Source: an uncultured bacterium (GTDB lineage: Bacteria; Hydrothermota; UBA3073; NMUJ01). Taken from it: a stretch of DNA of 32,775 nucleotides. Position 1 is the first letter of the stretch. Each line of letters starts with the position of its first letter. Below, one piece after another: positions 21,207-29,560 of this stretch. The notes below the pieces were generated by a model. That model made no database searches, was not told where the DNA came from, and worked only from the letters and a program-made list of their open reading frames with translations. Made by a program: the position numbers and the translations under genes. The stretch covers positions 1 through 32,775 of the forward strand of contig CBFDTI010000005.1 of NCBI GenBank assembly GCA_965612795.1. The letters are read 5' to 3'.

Positions 21207-21489
21207 ATCCAAAGACACGAAGATAATCTGTAGGTGTGAAGATCTCACGGAGGATGAAATCATAAAATACATTGAACAAGGCTACCATACGCTCGAGGAG
21301 ATAAAGAGAGCTTCACGCGCAGGCATGGGACACTGTCAGGGTAGGACCTGTCAAAGGTTGATTGCACAGATCATCAGCAAGAAACTCGGTATTCCACCGG
21401 AAAATATAAAACCACCTACAGCACGTCCACCTGTAAAACCTATACCTCTTAAAGTTATCTTAAACTTAAAACGTAAGAATACTGCATAG
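21196..21489 (+). CDS. BFD-like (2Fe-2S)-binding protein (resembles the C-terminal module of sarcosine oxidase/proline dehydrogenase alpha subunits)
   Basis: IICRCED, GMGHCQGRTC, RPPVKP. Confidence 0.85.
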   Translation: MNDRSKDTKIICRCEDLTEDEIIKYIEQGYHTLEEIKRASRAGMGHCQGRTCQRLIAQIISKKLGIPPENIKPPTARPPVKPIPLKVILNLKRKNTA

Positions 21490-21491
21490 GA

Positions 21492-22796
21492 TTAACGGCC
21501 CACACCGCTGTAGGTGAAGCCTAATTCTTTCATAACTTTGGGCTCAAGAAGGTTTGCTCCATCAATTATTATAGGAGTGGACATGCCCCCCTTAAGGCGT
21601 TGATAATCGAGTTGCTTAAATTCTTCCCATCCTACTAATAAGAGTAATAAATCTAAATTTTTGAATTCGTAAGGAGTAGTACAATACTCAATATCCGGGA
21701 GTATAATTTTGGCTTCATCCATGGCCATTGGATCGTAAGCTTTTATTAATGCACCCCCCTGTTTCAATAATTTTACTATCCTGACAGCGGGTGAGTTACG
21801 TATGTCTTTGGTGCCTGGTTTAAAAGCTAGCCCCAACACACCGATCGTTTTCCCATAAAGGATACCACCGAGCGCCTTCTTCACCTTCCACACTATAGAC
21901 CGTATTTGCTCTTCGTTTCTTTCGAGTATGGACTTTAAAAAACGTGGCTCGTAATCATAGGATTGTGCCATGTGGATGAGCGCTTTCAAATCTTTTGTAA
22001 GACATGGCCCCCCAAACCCTATACCAGGGGAGAGGTATCCGTCGCCTAACCTGGGGTCATAGCTCAACCCTTTTATGATATTTTTGATATCAGCGCCTAC
22101 TCTTTCCGAGATTGTAGCTATCTCATTTATAAACGATATGCGGGATGCAAGAAAGGCATTTGCTGCATACTTTATCATCTGTGCATCTATTGGTGAAGTT
22201 ACAAGAACTGGTGTTGACAATGGTTTATAAAGTTGAGCTACAACCTGAGCCGCTTGCTTGTTGTCAGCCCCTATTACTACTCTGGAGGGGTTGAAAAAGT
22301 CATGGATTGCATTCCCTTCACGCAAGAATTCGGGGTTAACTACAAGGTCGAAATCTTTACCTTCCTTACATTTTTGGGACATTATGTTCCTTATGAGGTC
22401 GACACTTCCCACAGGAACAGTACTTTTTATCACGATGATTTTGTAATTATTTATCGATTCACTTAACCCATGTGCTACATCTATTATCTGAGAAAGATCA
22501 GCTTCCCCAGTATCTTTAGTTGGTGTACCTACAGCTACGAAAATGATGGAAGATGATGCAACTGCTTCCTTCAAGTCTACTGTGAAGGTGAGCCTATCTC
22601 GGTTTTTACGTAATAGCTGTTCCATACCTGCTTCATAAATAGGTGATATGCCGCGGTTTAATGTCTTGATCTTCTCATCATCAACGTCCACCCCGATAAC
22701 TTTATGCCCTAACTCGGCAAACCCTACTGCTGTAGTAAGCCCTACATAACCCAACCCTATAACGCATAAGGTTTGGGATGTGGGACTGTGGTTCAT
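21492..22796 (-). CDS. ugd: UDP-glucose/GDP-mannose 6-dehydrogenase family protein
   Basis: GLGYVG, VGTP, KSTVPVG, NPEFLREG, KYAANAFLA, GFGGPCLTKD, GLAFKP; start at ATG 22796 (ATGA overlap with the epimerase). Confidence 0.92.
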   Translation of the reverse strand: MNHSPTSQTLCVIGLGYVGLTTAVGFAELGHKVIGVDVDDEKIKTLNRGISPIYEAGMEQLLRKNRDRLTFTVDLKEAVASSSIIFVAVGTPTKDTGEADLSQIIDVAHGLSESINNYKIIVIKSTVPVGSVDLIRNIMSQKCKEGKDFDLVVNPEFLREGNAIHDFFNPSRVVIGADNKQAAQVVAQLYKPLSTPVLVTSPIDAQMIKYAANAFLASRISFINEIATISERVGADIKNIIKGLSYDPRLGDGYLSPGIGFGGPCLTKDLKALIHMAQSYDYEPRFLKSILERNEEQIRSIVWKVKKALGGILYGKTIGVLGLAFKPGTKDIRNSPAVRIVKLLKQGGALIKAYDPMAMDEAKIILPDIEYCTTPYEFKNLDLLLLLVGWEEFKQLDYQRLKGGMSTPIIIDGANLLEPKVMKELGFTYSGVGR

Positions 22797-23764
22797 AGTT
22801 GTACCTGCTTCAGCCAATCTCTGTTTTTCACATGCCACTCTACGGTCCTTTTTAATCCATCCTCTATACCTACCCGTGGTTGCCAACCCAAAAGCTTATT
22901 TGCCTTTGATATATCGGCCCAGCTTGCTTTCATATCTGCTATATGGAATGGTTTATGTTCTATTTTTGCTTTTTTGTTGAGAAACTTTTCAATTAACAAG
23001 ATGATGTATTTCAAGGAGTAGGGTTTGTTACCACCACCTAGATTTATTATCTCATAACCCACGTTTTTAAGTGCTTTTATTGTGCCTTCAGCAATGTCAT
23101 CCACATAAGTGAAGTCGCGGCTCTGCGAACCATCTCCAAATAGTTGAAGGGGTGCTCCTTCGTCTATCCATTTGATGAACCTAAATATACTCATATCAGG
23201 ACGCCCAGCTGGTCCATAAACTGTGAAATATCTAAGAATGGATACATCAACCCCGTATAAAGAGTGGTAAGTATAGGATAAAACTTCTGCCGCTTTTTTC
23301 GATGCAGCATAAGGAGAGATAGGTGTGTTGACTGGTAAGTCCTCCTTAAACGGCATATTTTGACCCGCATATAGGGAAGATGTAGATGCTAGGACAAATT
23401 TCCCTATGTCAAAGTCTTTACAGAGTTCTAACAGGTTAAGTGTACCAAGCGTGTTGGTGGTGAAGTATACGTGTGGGTCTTCTACCGAAGCTCTTACACC
23501 AGCCCTTGCGGCTAAATTTATGACAGCATCGAATTTGTACTTCCGGAATAATGAGCGCAAAGCTTCGATATGTTCGATGTCAAGCTTATGGAACGTAAAA
23601 TTGGCGAATCTTTCCAGTTGGCTCAACCGCCATTCCTTAAGTCTCACATCGTAGTGGTGATTTAGGTTGTCGATGCCAACCACTGTGTAACCGTATTCTA
23701 ACAGCTTCTCGCAAGTTTTCCAACCTATAAAACCTGCCGCTCCTGTGACTAATATGGACCCCAT
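22793..23764 (-). CDS. NAD-dependent nucleotide-sugar epimerase (UDP-glucuronate 4-epimerase-like)
   Basis: TGAAGFIG, LAARAGVR, YAASKK, RYFTVYGPAGRPDM. Confidence 0.92.
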   Translation of the reverse strand: MGSILVTGAAGFIGWKTCEKLLEYGYTVVGIDNLNHHYDVRLKEWRLSQLERFANFTFHKLDIEHIEALRSLFRKYKFDAVINLAARAGVRASVEDPHVYFTTNTLGTLNLLELCKDFDIGKFVLASTSSLYAGQNMPFKEDLPVNTPISPYAASKKAAEVLSYTYHSLYGVDVSILRYFTVYGPAGRPDMSIFRFIKWIDEGAPLQLFGDGSQSRDFTYVDDIAEGTIKALKNVGYEIINLGGGNKPYSLKYIILLIEKFLNKKAKIEHKPFHIADMKASWADISKANKLLGWQPRVGIEDGLKRTVEWHVKNRDWLKQVQL

Positions 23765-23793
23765 ATGATAGCCTCTAACCTCTAAGCCAGTTT

Positions 23794-23853
23794 AAGATAT
23801 TAAACTATATTAATCGTCAAGTTAGATTGACTTTGCTGAAAACCTCATAAAAT
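23794..23853. promoter_or_regulatory. Back-to-back divergent promoters
   Basis: - strand TTGACG-N15-TATCTT (23820-23794) and + strand TTGACT-N15-TAAAAT (23827-23853); the -35 boxes form GTCAA-N6-TTGAC. Confidence 0.5.
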
Positions 23854-23863
23854 AAAAAAACAA

Positions 23864-25321
23864 ATGGCCACGGAGAAGCTGAAGGTATGTATATTTAAAG
23901 GAGACAAAGTGAAGATAGAACTTCGGAAACCCCTTAAATTTGGTAATCAAAAGCTATGTGCCGGCATCTGGGAGATAAGGAGTGAAATGCTGAGTTCACC
24001 TCATATTGACTATTTTCTGGTAGTGGGTGAAGCTACCGAAAGGGATAGATTAGCGAGCGCAACAAAAGAGTTTGAAGCGCGTGGCTATTCATCAGGAGTG
24101 ATCAAATGTAAAGGCATATGGTTTGCGGGTATAGGTCCGTTTCGGGTACCCGACCCGTTGCAGATATTGTCGCATCCTAGTGTGTACTTCTTTCCTGAGG
24201 TAAAACGTCCAGCTATAACCAATGTGATCGCCCGAAATATAAACAATGGTCGAACAGTGCAGTTACCTCGACACTTTTATGTATCACCGGAGGATCCGCT
24301 TGACCTCATTATACACAATAAAGTGGGCCGTGGTTTCCATTTTGAGTTTGAAGAGAAGCAGAGTTACGAAGGCGAGATCGAATTCACCGTTGGTTATGAT
24401 GGTAAACTTCTTCTTATTAATCATGTAGAGCTCGAAAGGTATCTTGCGAGTGTGATATCGTCGGAGATGTTGGTATCACTTCCCATAGAAGCGTTGAAGG
24501 CACAAGCTGTGGCAGCCAGAAACTGGTTACTTACGGCGGCCGTCAAACACCATATAGGGGAGCCTTTTGATGTATGTAACGATGATCATTGCCAGGAATA
24601 TCGCGGTATAAGGGATGAGAACAACATTGCCTATAAGGTGATAGATGAGACCTGCAGTGAGACGCTTTACTATAAAGGTAAACTTGTGGATACAAGGTTT
24701 GCGAAGGTATGTGGTGGTGTAACCGAGGAGTTTAATAACGTATGGGGTGAAACTTTTTACTCGTGTTCGGTATTTGATGGCCCTGGTACGTATGAAATGG
24801 ATCTGCAAAAAGAGGATAATTTCAGGTTATGGATAGAACAGCCGCCACCCGCGTATTGCAATACACAGGGTGATACTGAGTATTTCGAATACGGCAGAAA
24901 GTACTTCAGGTGGTGCAAAACAATCGATCCATATGCATTGCGTGAGATTATTAACAACAAGACTGGCATAGATATAGGGTATCCCATACGGATCAGCCCC
25001 TTGAGACGTGGTAGATCTGGCCGTATATTACAGTTACAAATAAAGGGAGAAAAGGGGACCCTCGAGGTGGCGGGTGAGCTCAAAATACGAGCAATACTCT
25101 CACCCACATATTTACCAAGTTCCGCATTCTATGTGAAATATACCAAGCAACAGTTCATACTGAAAGGAGCAGGTTGGGGCCATGGGGTTGGATTGTGTCA
25201 GGTAGGAGCAGCTAGGTTAGCATCCATCGGATGGAATTACAGACAGATACTTTTACATTATTACCCAAATACGGAAGTTAGACAAATTCATGTCAAAAAG
25301 GAGGAAGGATGCGCGTCATAA
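23864..25321 (+). CDS. SpoIID/LytB-domain lytic transglycosylase-like protein
   Basis: LERYLASVISSEM, EALKAQAVAAR, CNDDHCQEY, CGG, GAGWGHGVGLCQVGA, YRQILLHYYP. Confidence 0.92.
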   Translation: MATEKLKVCIFKGDKVKIELRKPLKFGNQKLCAGIWEIRSEMLSSPHIDYFLVVGEATERDRLASATKEFEARGYSSGVIKCKGIWFAGIGPFRVPDPLQILSHPSVYFFPEVKRPAITNVIARNINNGRTVQLPRHFYVSPEDPLDLIIHNKVGRGFHFEFEEKQSYEGEIEFTVGYDGKLLLINHVELERYLASVISSEMLVSLPIEALKAQAVAARNWLLTAAVKHHIGEPFDVCNDDHCQEYRGIRDENNIAYKVIDETCSETLYYKGKLVDTRFAKVCGGVTEEFNNVWGETFYSCSVFDGPGTYEMDLQKEDNFRLWIEQPPPAYCNTQGDTEYFEYGRKYFRWCKTIDPYALREIINNKTGIDIGYPIRISPLRRGRSGRILQLQIKGEKGTLEVAGELKIRAILSPTYLPSSAFYVKYTKQQFILKGAGWGHGVGLCQVGAARLASIGWNYRQILLHYYPNTEVRQIHVKKEEGCAS

Positions 25322-26091
25322 AGGTAAAGGACTATGAGCGTTTATCTAAGTTGGCTGCTAAAATGGTGGCCACTCTGATACGAAAAAAGCCAGATGCAGT
25401 ATTGGGGCTAGCTACCGGTAATACGCCGTTGGGTTTGTACCGTGAACTCATACGTATGCATAAAGAGGAGGGGCTCGACTTCTCGCGAGTGGTTACGTTT
25501 AACCTCGACGAGTACATAGGGCTACCTAAGAGCCATCCGCAGAGCTATCACTATTTCATGTGGGAAAATTTCTTCCACCATGTGAATATAAATCCATCCA
25601 ACGTACATATACCAGATGGTAACGCTCTCGATATACGTCAACATTGTGACTGGTATGAAGCTCGTATACGTAAATTCGGTGGCATAGATCTACAGATATT
25701 GGGTATAGGGCGTGATGGTCACATAGGGTTTAATGAACCTGGGTCATCTTTAGGGTCACGTACCCGTATAAAGACATTGCTTGAAGTTACACGTAGAGAT
25801 AATGCGAGATTCTTCGATGGCAAAATCGAAAATGTACCTAAATACGCAATCACCATGGGGATAGGTACGATTTTGGAGGCAAAGGCGATATTGTTGCTAG
25901 CGAGTGGTGAATCCAAAGCAGATGCGATTAAAAAGGCGGTGGAAGGGCCTATAACGGCGATGGTACCTGCGAGTGTGCTACAATTACATCGTGACACCAC
26001 AGTTGTAGTAGATGAAGCAGCAGCTAAGTATCTGGAACTACCATGGGAAACAGAAGAGGACTACGAACGTGTGGAGTCACTCTTCGGTTGA
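25309..26091 (+). CDS. nagB: Glucosamine-6-phosphate deaminase
   Basis: LGLATGNTP, FNLDEY, GIGRDGHIGFNEPGS, AITMGIGTI, VPASVLQLH. Confidence 0.97.
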   Translation: MRVIKVKDYERLSKLAAKMVATLIRKKPDAVLGLATGNTPLGLYRELIRMHKEEGLDFSRVVTFNLDEYIGLPKSHPQSYHYFMWENFFHHVNINPSNVHIPDGNALDIRQHCDWYEARIRKFGGIDLQILGIGRDGHIGFNEPGSSLGSRTRIKTLLEVTRRDNARFFDGKIENVPKYAITMGIGTILEAKAILLLASGESKADAIKKAVEGPITAMVPASVLQLHRDTTVVVDEAAAKYLELPWETEEDYERVESLFG

Positions 26092-27047
26092 TATAACAGA
26101 CGGAGTATGAGAATACCACCGATTATCATGGCGAGCAAACCAGTATAAAACCGCCATATAACTACGTAAAGGCCAAGAAGATGCGCAGGACATATGAAAC
26201 GCCAAAGCCCGAACCCACCAGCTTCTGCTACACCACTTGATCCAGGTGTCGGTATAAAGAGCAACAAATATGCTAGTATTATTTGTATTACGAAGGTTGT
26301 AACAAAAGGTGGGTCAATGCCTAATCCTTTAAATAAGACATAGGGTATAGTAAAAAATACACAGCGTGCGAGGAGGGTTATGCCGAACGAAAGTAGGAAA
26401 AAGAGTTTACCATGGGTGAAGGTCTCTTTGATAGCAACTCGTAACTTTTGTAGCTCATTATATACACGGGAGAACTTGCCTCTTGCCCACCTTTTAGGCA
26501 TAAAAAAGAACGCAATAAATAGTATTACAAGAAGCAGGACAATTATACCCACGTAACTGCCGGCTCTTACAACGAAACGACCACGTAGTAGTTCCCTCTC
26601 TAACAGTATAATCGGTACAAGTAAGGGTAAGATTAACACGTTAAGTATTGCACGCATAATGATAATGTTACCAGCTTCACCGAGGTTAAGCCCGTCCCTA
26701 TGTAACACATAGAGTTGGAAAGGTACACCCACAACACCGGTCGGTACTACAGTAAGGAAACATCCACCGAAATAGAATTCGGATGCCGCACGTAACGATA
26801 TGGGTTTGCCCATCGCATGACCTAACACCTGTATACGTAGGAGCTCAAAATAATAGAACATAGCTGTCACCAATAGTGCAAGTAGAAAGTACAGGGGGGC
26901 AAAGTTTCTAAACGCTTGTAAGGTGTCTCTACCTGTGGTGAAGATAAGCACCCCGATTATGCTCAGAACAGTTACGACGAGGAAAATACGAAACCACCGT
27001 ATTATTAGGTTACGTTTGGATTGAAGTATAGTTGGCTTATTTTTCAT
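26061..27047 (-). CDS. Lysylphosphatidylglycerol synthase TM-domain (UPF0104, flippase-like) membrane protein
   Basis: Polytopic 328 aa; VVPTGVVGVP, IPTPGSSGVAEAG, IWRFYT. Confidence 0.85.
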   Translation of the reverse strand: MKNKPTILQSKRNLIIRWFRIFLVVTVLSIIGVLIFTTGRDTLQAFRNFAPLYFLLALLVTAMFYYFELLRIQVLGHAMGKPISLRAASEFYFGGCFLTVVPTGVVGVPFQLYVLHRDGLNLGEAGNIIIMRAILNVLILPLLVPIILLERELLRGRFVVRAGSYVGIIVLLLVILFIAFFFMPKRWARGKFSRVYNELQKLRVAIKETFTHGKLFFLLSFGITLLARCVFFTIPYVLFKGLGIDPPFVTTFVIQIILAYLLLFIPTPGSSGVAEAGGFGLWRFICPAHLLGLYVVIWRFYTGLLAMIIGGILILRLLYQPKSDSTRS

Positions 27048-28327
27048 TGTAATCTGCGCTTAACTAATACCCCATATATGATTGAGCTTGATATACTCGA
27101 AATTGATACACCCAGTGGTAACGCAACAAGCCCCAACTTGCCCACGAACGTAAGTGCCACACCAAGATGTATGGCCACCCCTATGAGTGTAACCTTGAGC
27201 GGTGTGGCGGGTTCCTTCAGTGCATAAAATATGGACGAAAATGTGCGGTTGAGAGTCATCCCCAGTATAGCGAACGAGTAAAAGCGTATCACACGTGAGG
27301 TATGGTACGTATCAACTGCAGTGAATGCACCATGTTCGTAAACGATACGACATAATGGATGTGCGAATGTCAACAGCAAGGTAATAGCAGCCACACTACA
27401 GAGTATACCGAACTTCAAGGCTTTATGCAGATCTTGCGTTATTGAACCAGTATTCGCAAATTGGCGCGTAAAAGTAGGTATACCGACGTTTGCTATTGTC
27501 ACACCTATCATACCAACAGGTAAATATATAAATCTGAACGCATACTCAAGGTACGAGATAGAACCTACCGCCAAGAAAGATGCGATTATTGTGTTGATAA
27601 TACTACTCAACCGTAAAACCAGAAACGATATAACCACGGGCAACATAAGGTGTAACATACGTCGTACAGTGGGATCGCTGAAAATGGGATAGGGTCGGAA
27701 CCTGTAACCATGTGGTTTGAGAAAATGGTATTGGAGGGCAACTTGACCGATACCACCGATGAGCACCCCTATAGCGATACTATACACACCGATGTACTTC
27801 GCAAATATGACAGACGTTGCGATTATGCCGATATTAAATAACACAGGTGCGATACCTGTAACAAAGAAACGCGAAAAGTAGTTCAATATCCCCATGAAGA
27901 ACGTAGCCACCACCATTATTGGCAGGAAAGGCGACATTGTCCGTGTGAGGCGGGTGGCAAGGTTGAACCTAAACGTATCGTGATAGAAGCCTGGGCTTAT
28001 TATACGTACGAAATAAGGTGCAAACAACACCGTAAATATGGATATCATCAGCGCTATTGTGAGTACAGTACATATGGCGGTATTGGCAAATCGATATCCG
28101 GCTTGCTGGTTGGATTTTGCCTTATCCGTAAATAATGGCACGAACGATGGAATGATACTACCCTCGGCTAACATCTCACGTGCAAGGTTAGCTATACGGA
28201 AGGATACCCAAAATGCGTCGAGGCTGGCAGATGCACCAAAAAAGTGTGCAATGACAATTTCACGGATGAATCCAAACACTCGTGATATACCTGTACCCAG
28301 GCTGAAGCCAAATAGCTTACGATACAT
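27044..28327 (-). CDS. murJ: Lipid II flippase MurJ/MviN (short form)
   Basis: SRVFGFIRE, DAFWVSFRIANLAREMLAEG, FVP, YLEYAFRFIYLPVG, HGAF, FYAL. Confidence 0.9.
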   Translation of the reverse strand: MYRKLFGFSLGTGISRVFGFIREIVIAHFFGASASLDAFWVSFRIANLAREMLAEGSIIPSFVPLFTDKAKSNQQAGYRFANTAICTVLTIALMISIFTVLFAPYFVRIISPGFYHDTFRFNLATRLTRTMSPFLPIMVVATFFMGILNYFSRFFVTGIAPVLFNIGIIATSVIFAKYIGVYSIAIGVLIGGIGQVALQYHFLKPHGYRFRPYPIFSDPTVRRMLHLMLPVVISFLVLRLSSIINTIIASFLAVGSISYLEYAFRFIYLPVGMIGVTIANVGIPTFTRQFANTGSITQDLHKALKFGILCSVAAITLLLTFAHPLCRIVYEHGAFTAVDTYHTSRVIRFYSFAILGMTLNRTFSSIFYALKEPATPLKVTLIGVAIHLGVALTFVGKLGLVALPLGVSISSISSSIIYGVLVKRRLQ

Positions 28328-28536
28328 TAGATTAATGGATCATAGCCACCAGGGTGAAAAGGATGACATTTGGATATACGGATAATACCTTTAAATATAC
28401 CCCTAAGTAAACCGTATTTCTTGATCGCTTGATACGTATATTCGGAGCAGGTTGGATAGAACCGACAATGTCGTGGTAATATAGGGGAGATGAAACTCTG
28501 ATAAAATTTAATGAACAGCAGTGCTATCTCCTTCAT
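28327..28536 (-). CDS. yidD: Membrane protein insertion efficiency factor YidD
   Basis: [30 protein letters not shown]. Confidence 0.96.
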   Translation of the reverse strand: MKEIALLFIKFYQSFISPILPRHCRFYPTCSEYTYQAIKKYGLLRGIFKGIIRISKCHPFHPGGYDPLI

Positions 28537-28882
28537 CAGCTGCTATTTTATTGAGTAAATCAACAAGTTCGTGATATAGGGTGCGAAAATCCTCGTGTAA
28601 TACACCTTCGGTTCCTAAGATCATCAAGTGTACGTTATTTAGACGCCACTTCTCACGACGATAGATTTCGCGTAATCTACGCTTGATACGGTTGCGGTCA
28701 ACCTTGCGTTTCACCTTTTTTGAAACCGCAAAACCTGCTTTACGGTCAGGTTTACCTGTTAGGTAATGTATAACCATATGGTTACCACTGATGGTTTTAC
28801 CTTTGGTAAAAACTTCCAGTATCTCCTTGCGTTTCTTTAAACGTTCCTCCTTAGGTAGACGTTCGTCACGTCTACACGGCAA
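28508..28882 (-). CDS. rnpA: Ribonuclease P protein component (start uncertain: TTG 28882 or up to ATG 28960, all inside rpmH)
   Basis: [27 protein letters not shown] (RNR motif); lies between rpmH and yidD. Confidence 0.88.
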   Translation of the reverse strand: MPCRRDERLPKEERLKKRKEILEVFTKGKTISGNHMVIHYLTGKPDRKAGFAVSKKVKRKVDRNRIKRRLREIYRREKWRLNNVHLMILGTEGVLHEDFRTLYHELVDLLNKIAADEGDSTAVH

Positions 28883-29009
28883 GCCGTTTTCTACCAACAC
28901 GTCTACGACGCTTGATGATAGCTCTGCCACTTCTTGTGCGCATACGTGCACGAAACCCATGCGTACGTTTGCGTTTGATACGACTGGGTTGGTAAGTTCT
29001 TTTGGGCAT
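28872..29009 (-). CDS. rpmH: 50S ribosomal protein L34
   Basis: Hand translation [45 protein letters not shown] (45 aa); GGAGG SD. Confidence 0.97.
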   Translation of the reverse strand: MPKRTYQPSRIKRKRTHGFRARMRTRSGRAIIKRRRRVGRKRLAV

Positions 29010-29027
29010 CTTAACCTCCGTCTGTTA

Positions 29028-29054
29028 AATATAGATAAATAGACAGAAAATCAA
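29028..29054 (-). promoter_or_regulatory. Putative rpmH promoter
   Basis: TTGATT-N15-TATATT upstream of the SD. Confidence 0.4.
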
Positions 29055-29082
29055 TACGTAAGGTGGCGAATATTGGTTTATG

Positions 29083-29091
29083 TGTTATTTT
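29083..29091 (+). promoter_or_regulatory. Putative extended -10 promoter for the leaderless GIY-YIG gene
   Basis: TG-T-TATTTT-N6-ATG(29098); no SD. Confidence 0.45.
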
Positions 29092-29097
29092 ATCGTA

Positions 29098-29499
29098 ATG
29101 AAAGGATGCTATGTATTGTTAGTGGAATTACGAAGAGATATGAGGATAATAGTAGGTAAGCTTGGCAGCTTAACATTTACACGTGGTTACTACGCATATG
29201 TGGGGTCAGCCATGAATAGTATCGAGGCACGTGTAAAACGCCATATATCCAGCCATAAACGTAAACGCTGGCATATAGATTATCTGCTCGAACATGGACG
29301 GGTTGTGGCAATCTACTATCGTGAAAGCAAATACCGGTGTGAATGTGAGCTTGCAGATGGGTTGAGATCAAAATTCGAACCCATCCACAAGTTTGGTGCT
29401 ACAGATTGTAGATGTGGGGGGCATCTTTTCTATAACAACGACCTATATGAATTGGTGCACTCGATAAAGGGGATGGGATTAAAACAATATATGGTGTAA
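29098..29499 (+). CDS. GIY-YIG superfamily nuclease (DUF123-like)
   Basis: GCYVL...GYYAYVGSA...RVKRH...WHIDYL...EC...FGATDCRCGGHL. Confidence 0.85.
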   Translation: MKGCYVLLVELRRDMRIIVGKLGSLTFTRGYYAYVGSAMNSIEARVKRHISSHKRKRWHIDYLLEHGRVVAIYYRESKYRCECELADGLRSKFEPIHKFGATDCRCGGHLFYNNDLYELVHSIKGMGLKQYMV

Positions 29500-29521
29500 C
29501 AAGAATTAATACCCGCACAAG

Positions 29522-29554
29522 TTGACATCCTAACTTTTATGATTAATTTATAAT
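29522..29554 (+). promoter_or_regulatory. Putative ssrA promoter
   Basis: TTGACA-N16-TAATTT; an overlapping TATAAT (29549-29554) sits 6 nt before the mature 5' end. Confidence 0.6.
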
Positions 29555-29560
29555 CGCTCT

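Noticed and set aside
22797..22886. N-terminal extensions from the ORF track (ugd; also tuf, rplB, rpsN, skp, fabZ)
   Set aside because: Downstream ATGs with an SD or stop-start overlap match the family N-termini better.
23772..23785. TTAGAGG tandem repeat before the epimerase (- strand)
   Set aside because: Two copies of an SD-like 7-mer; too short to support an operator call.
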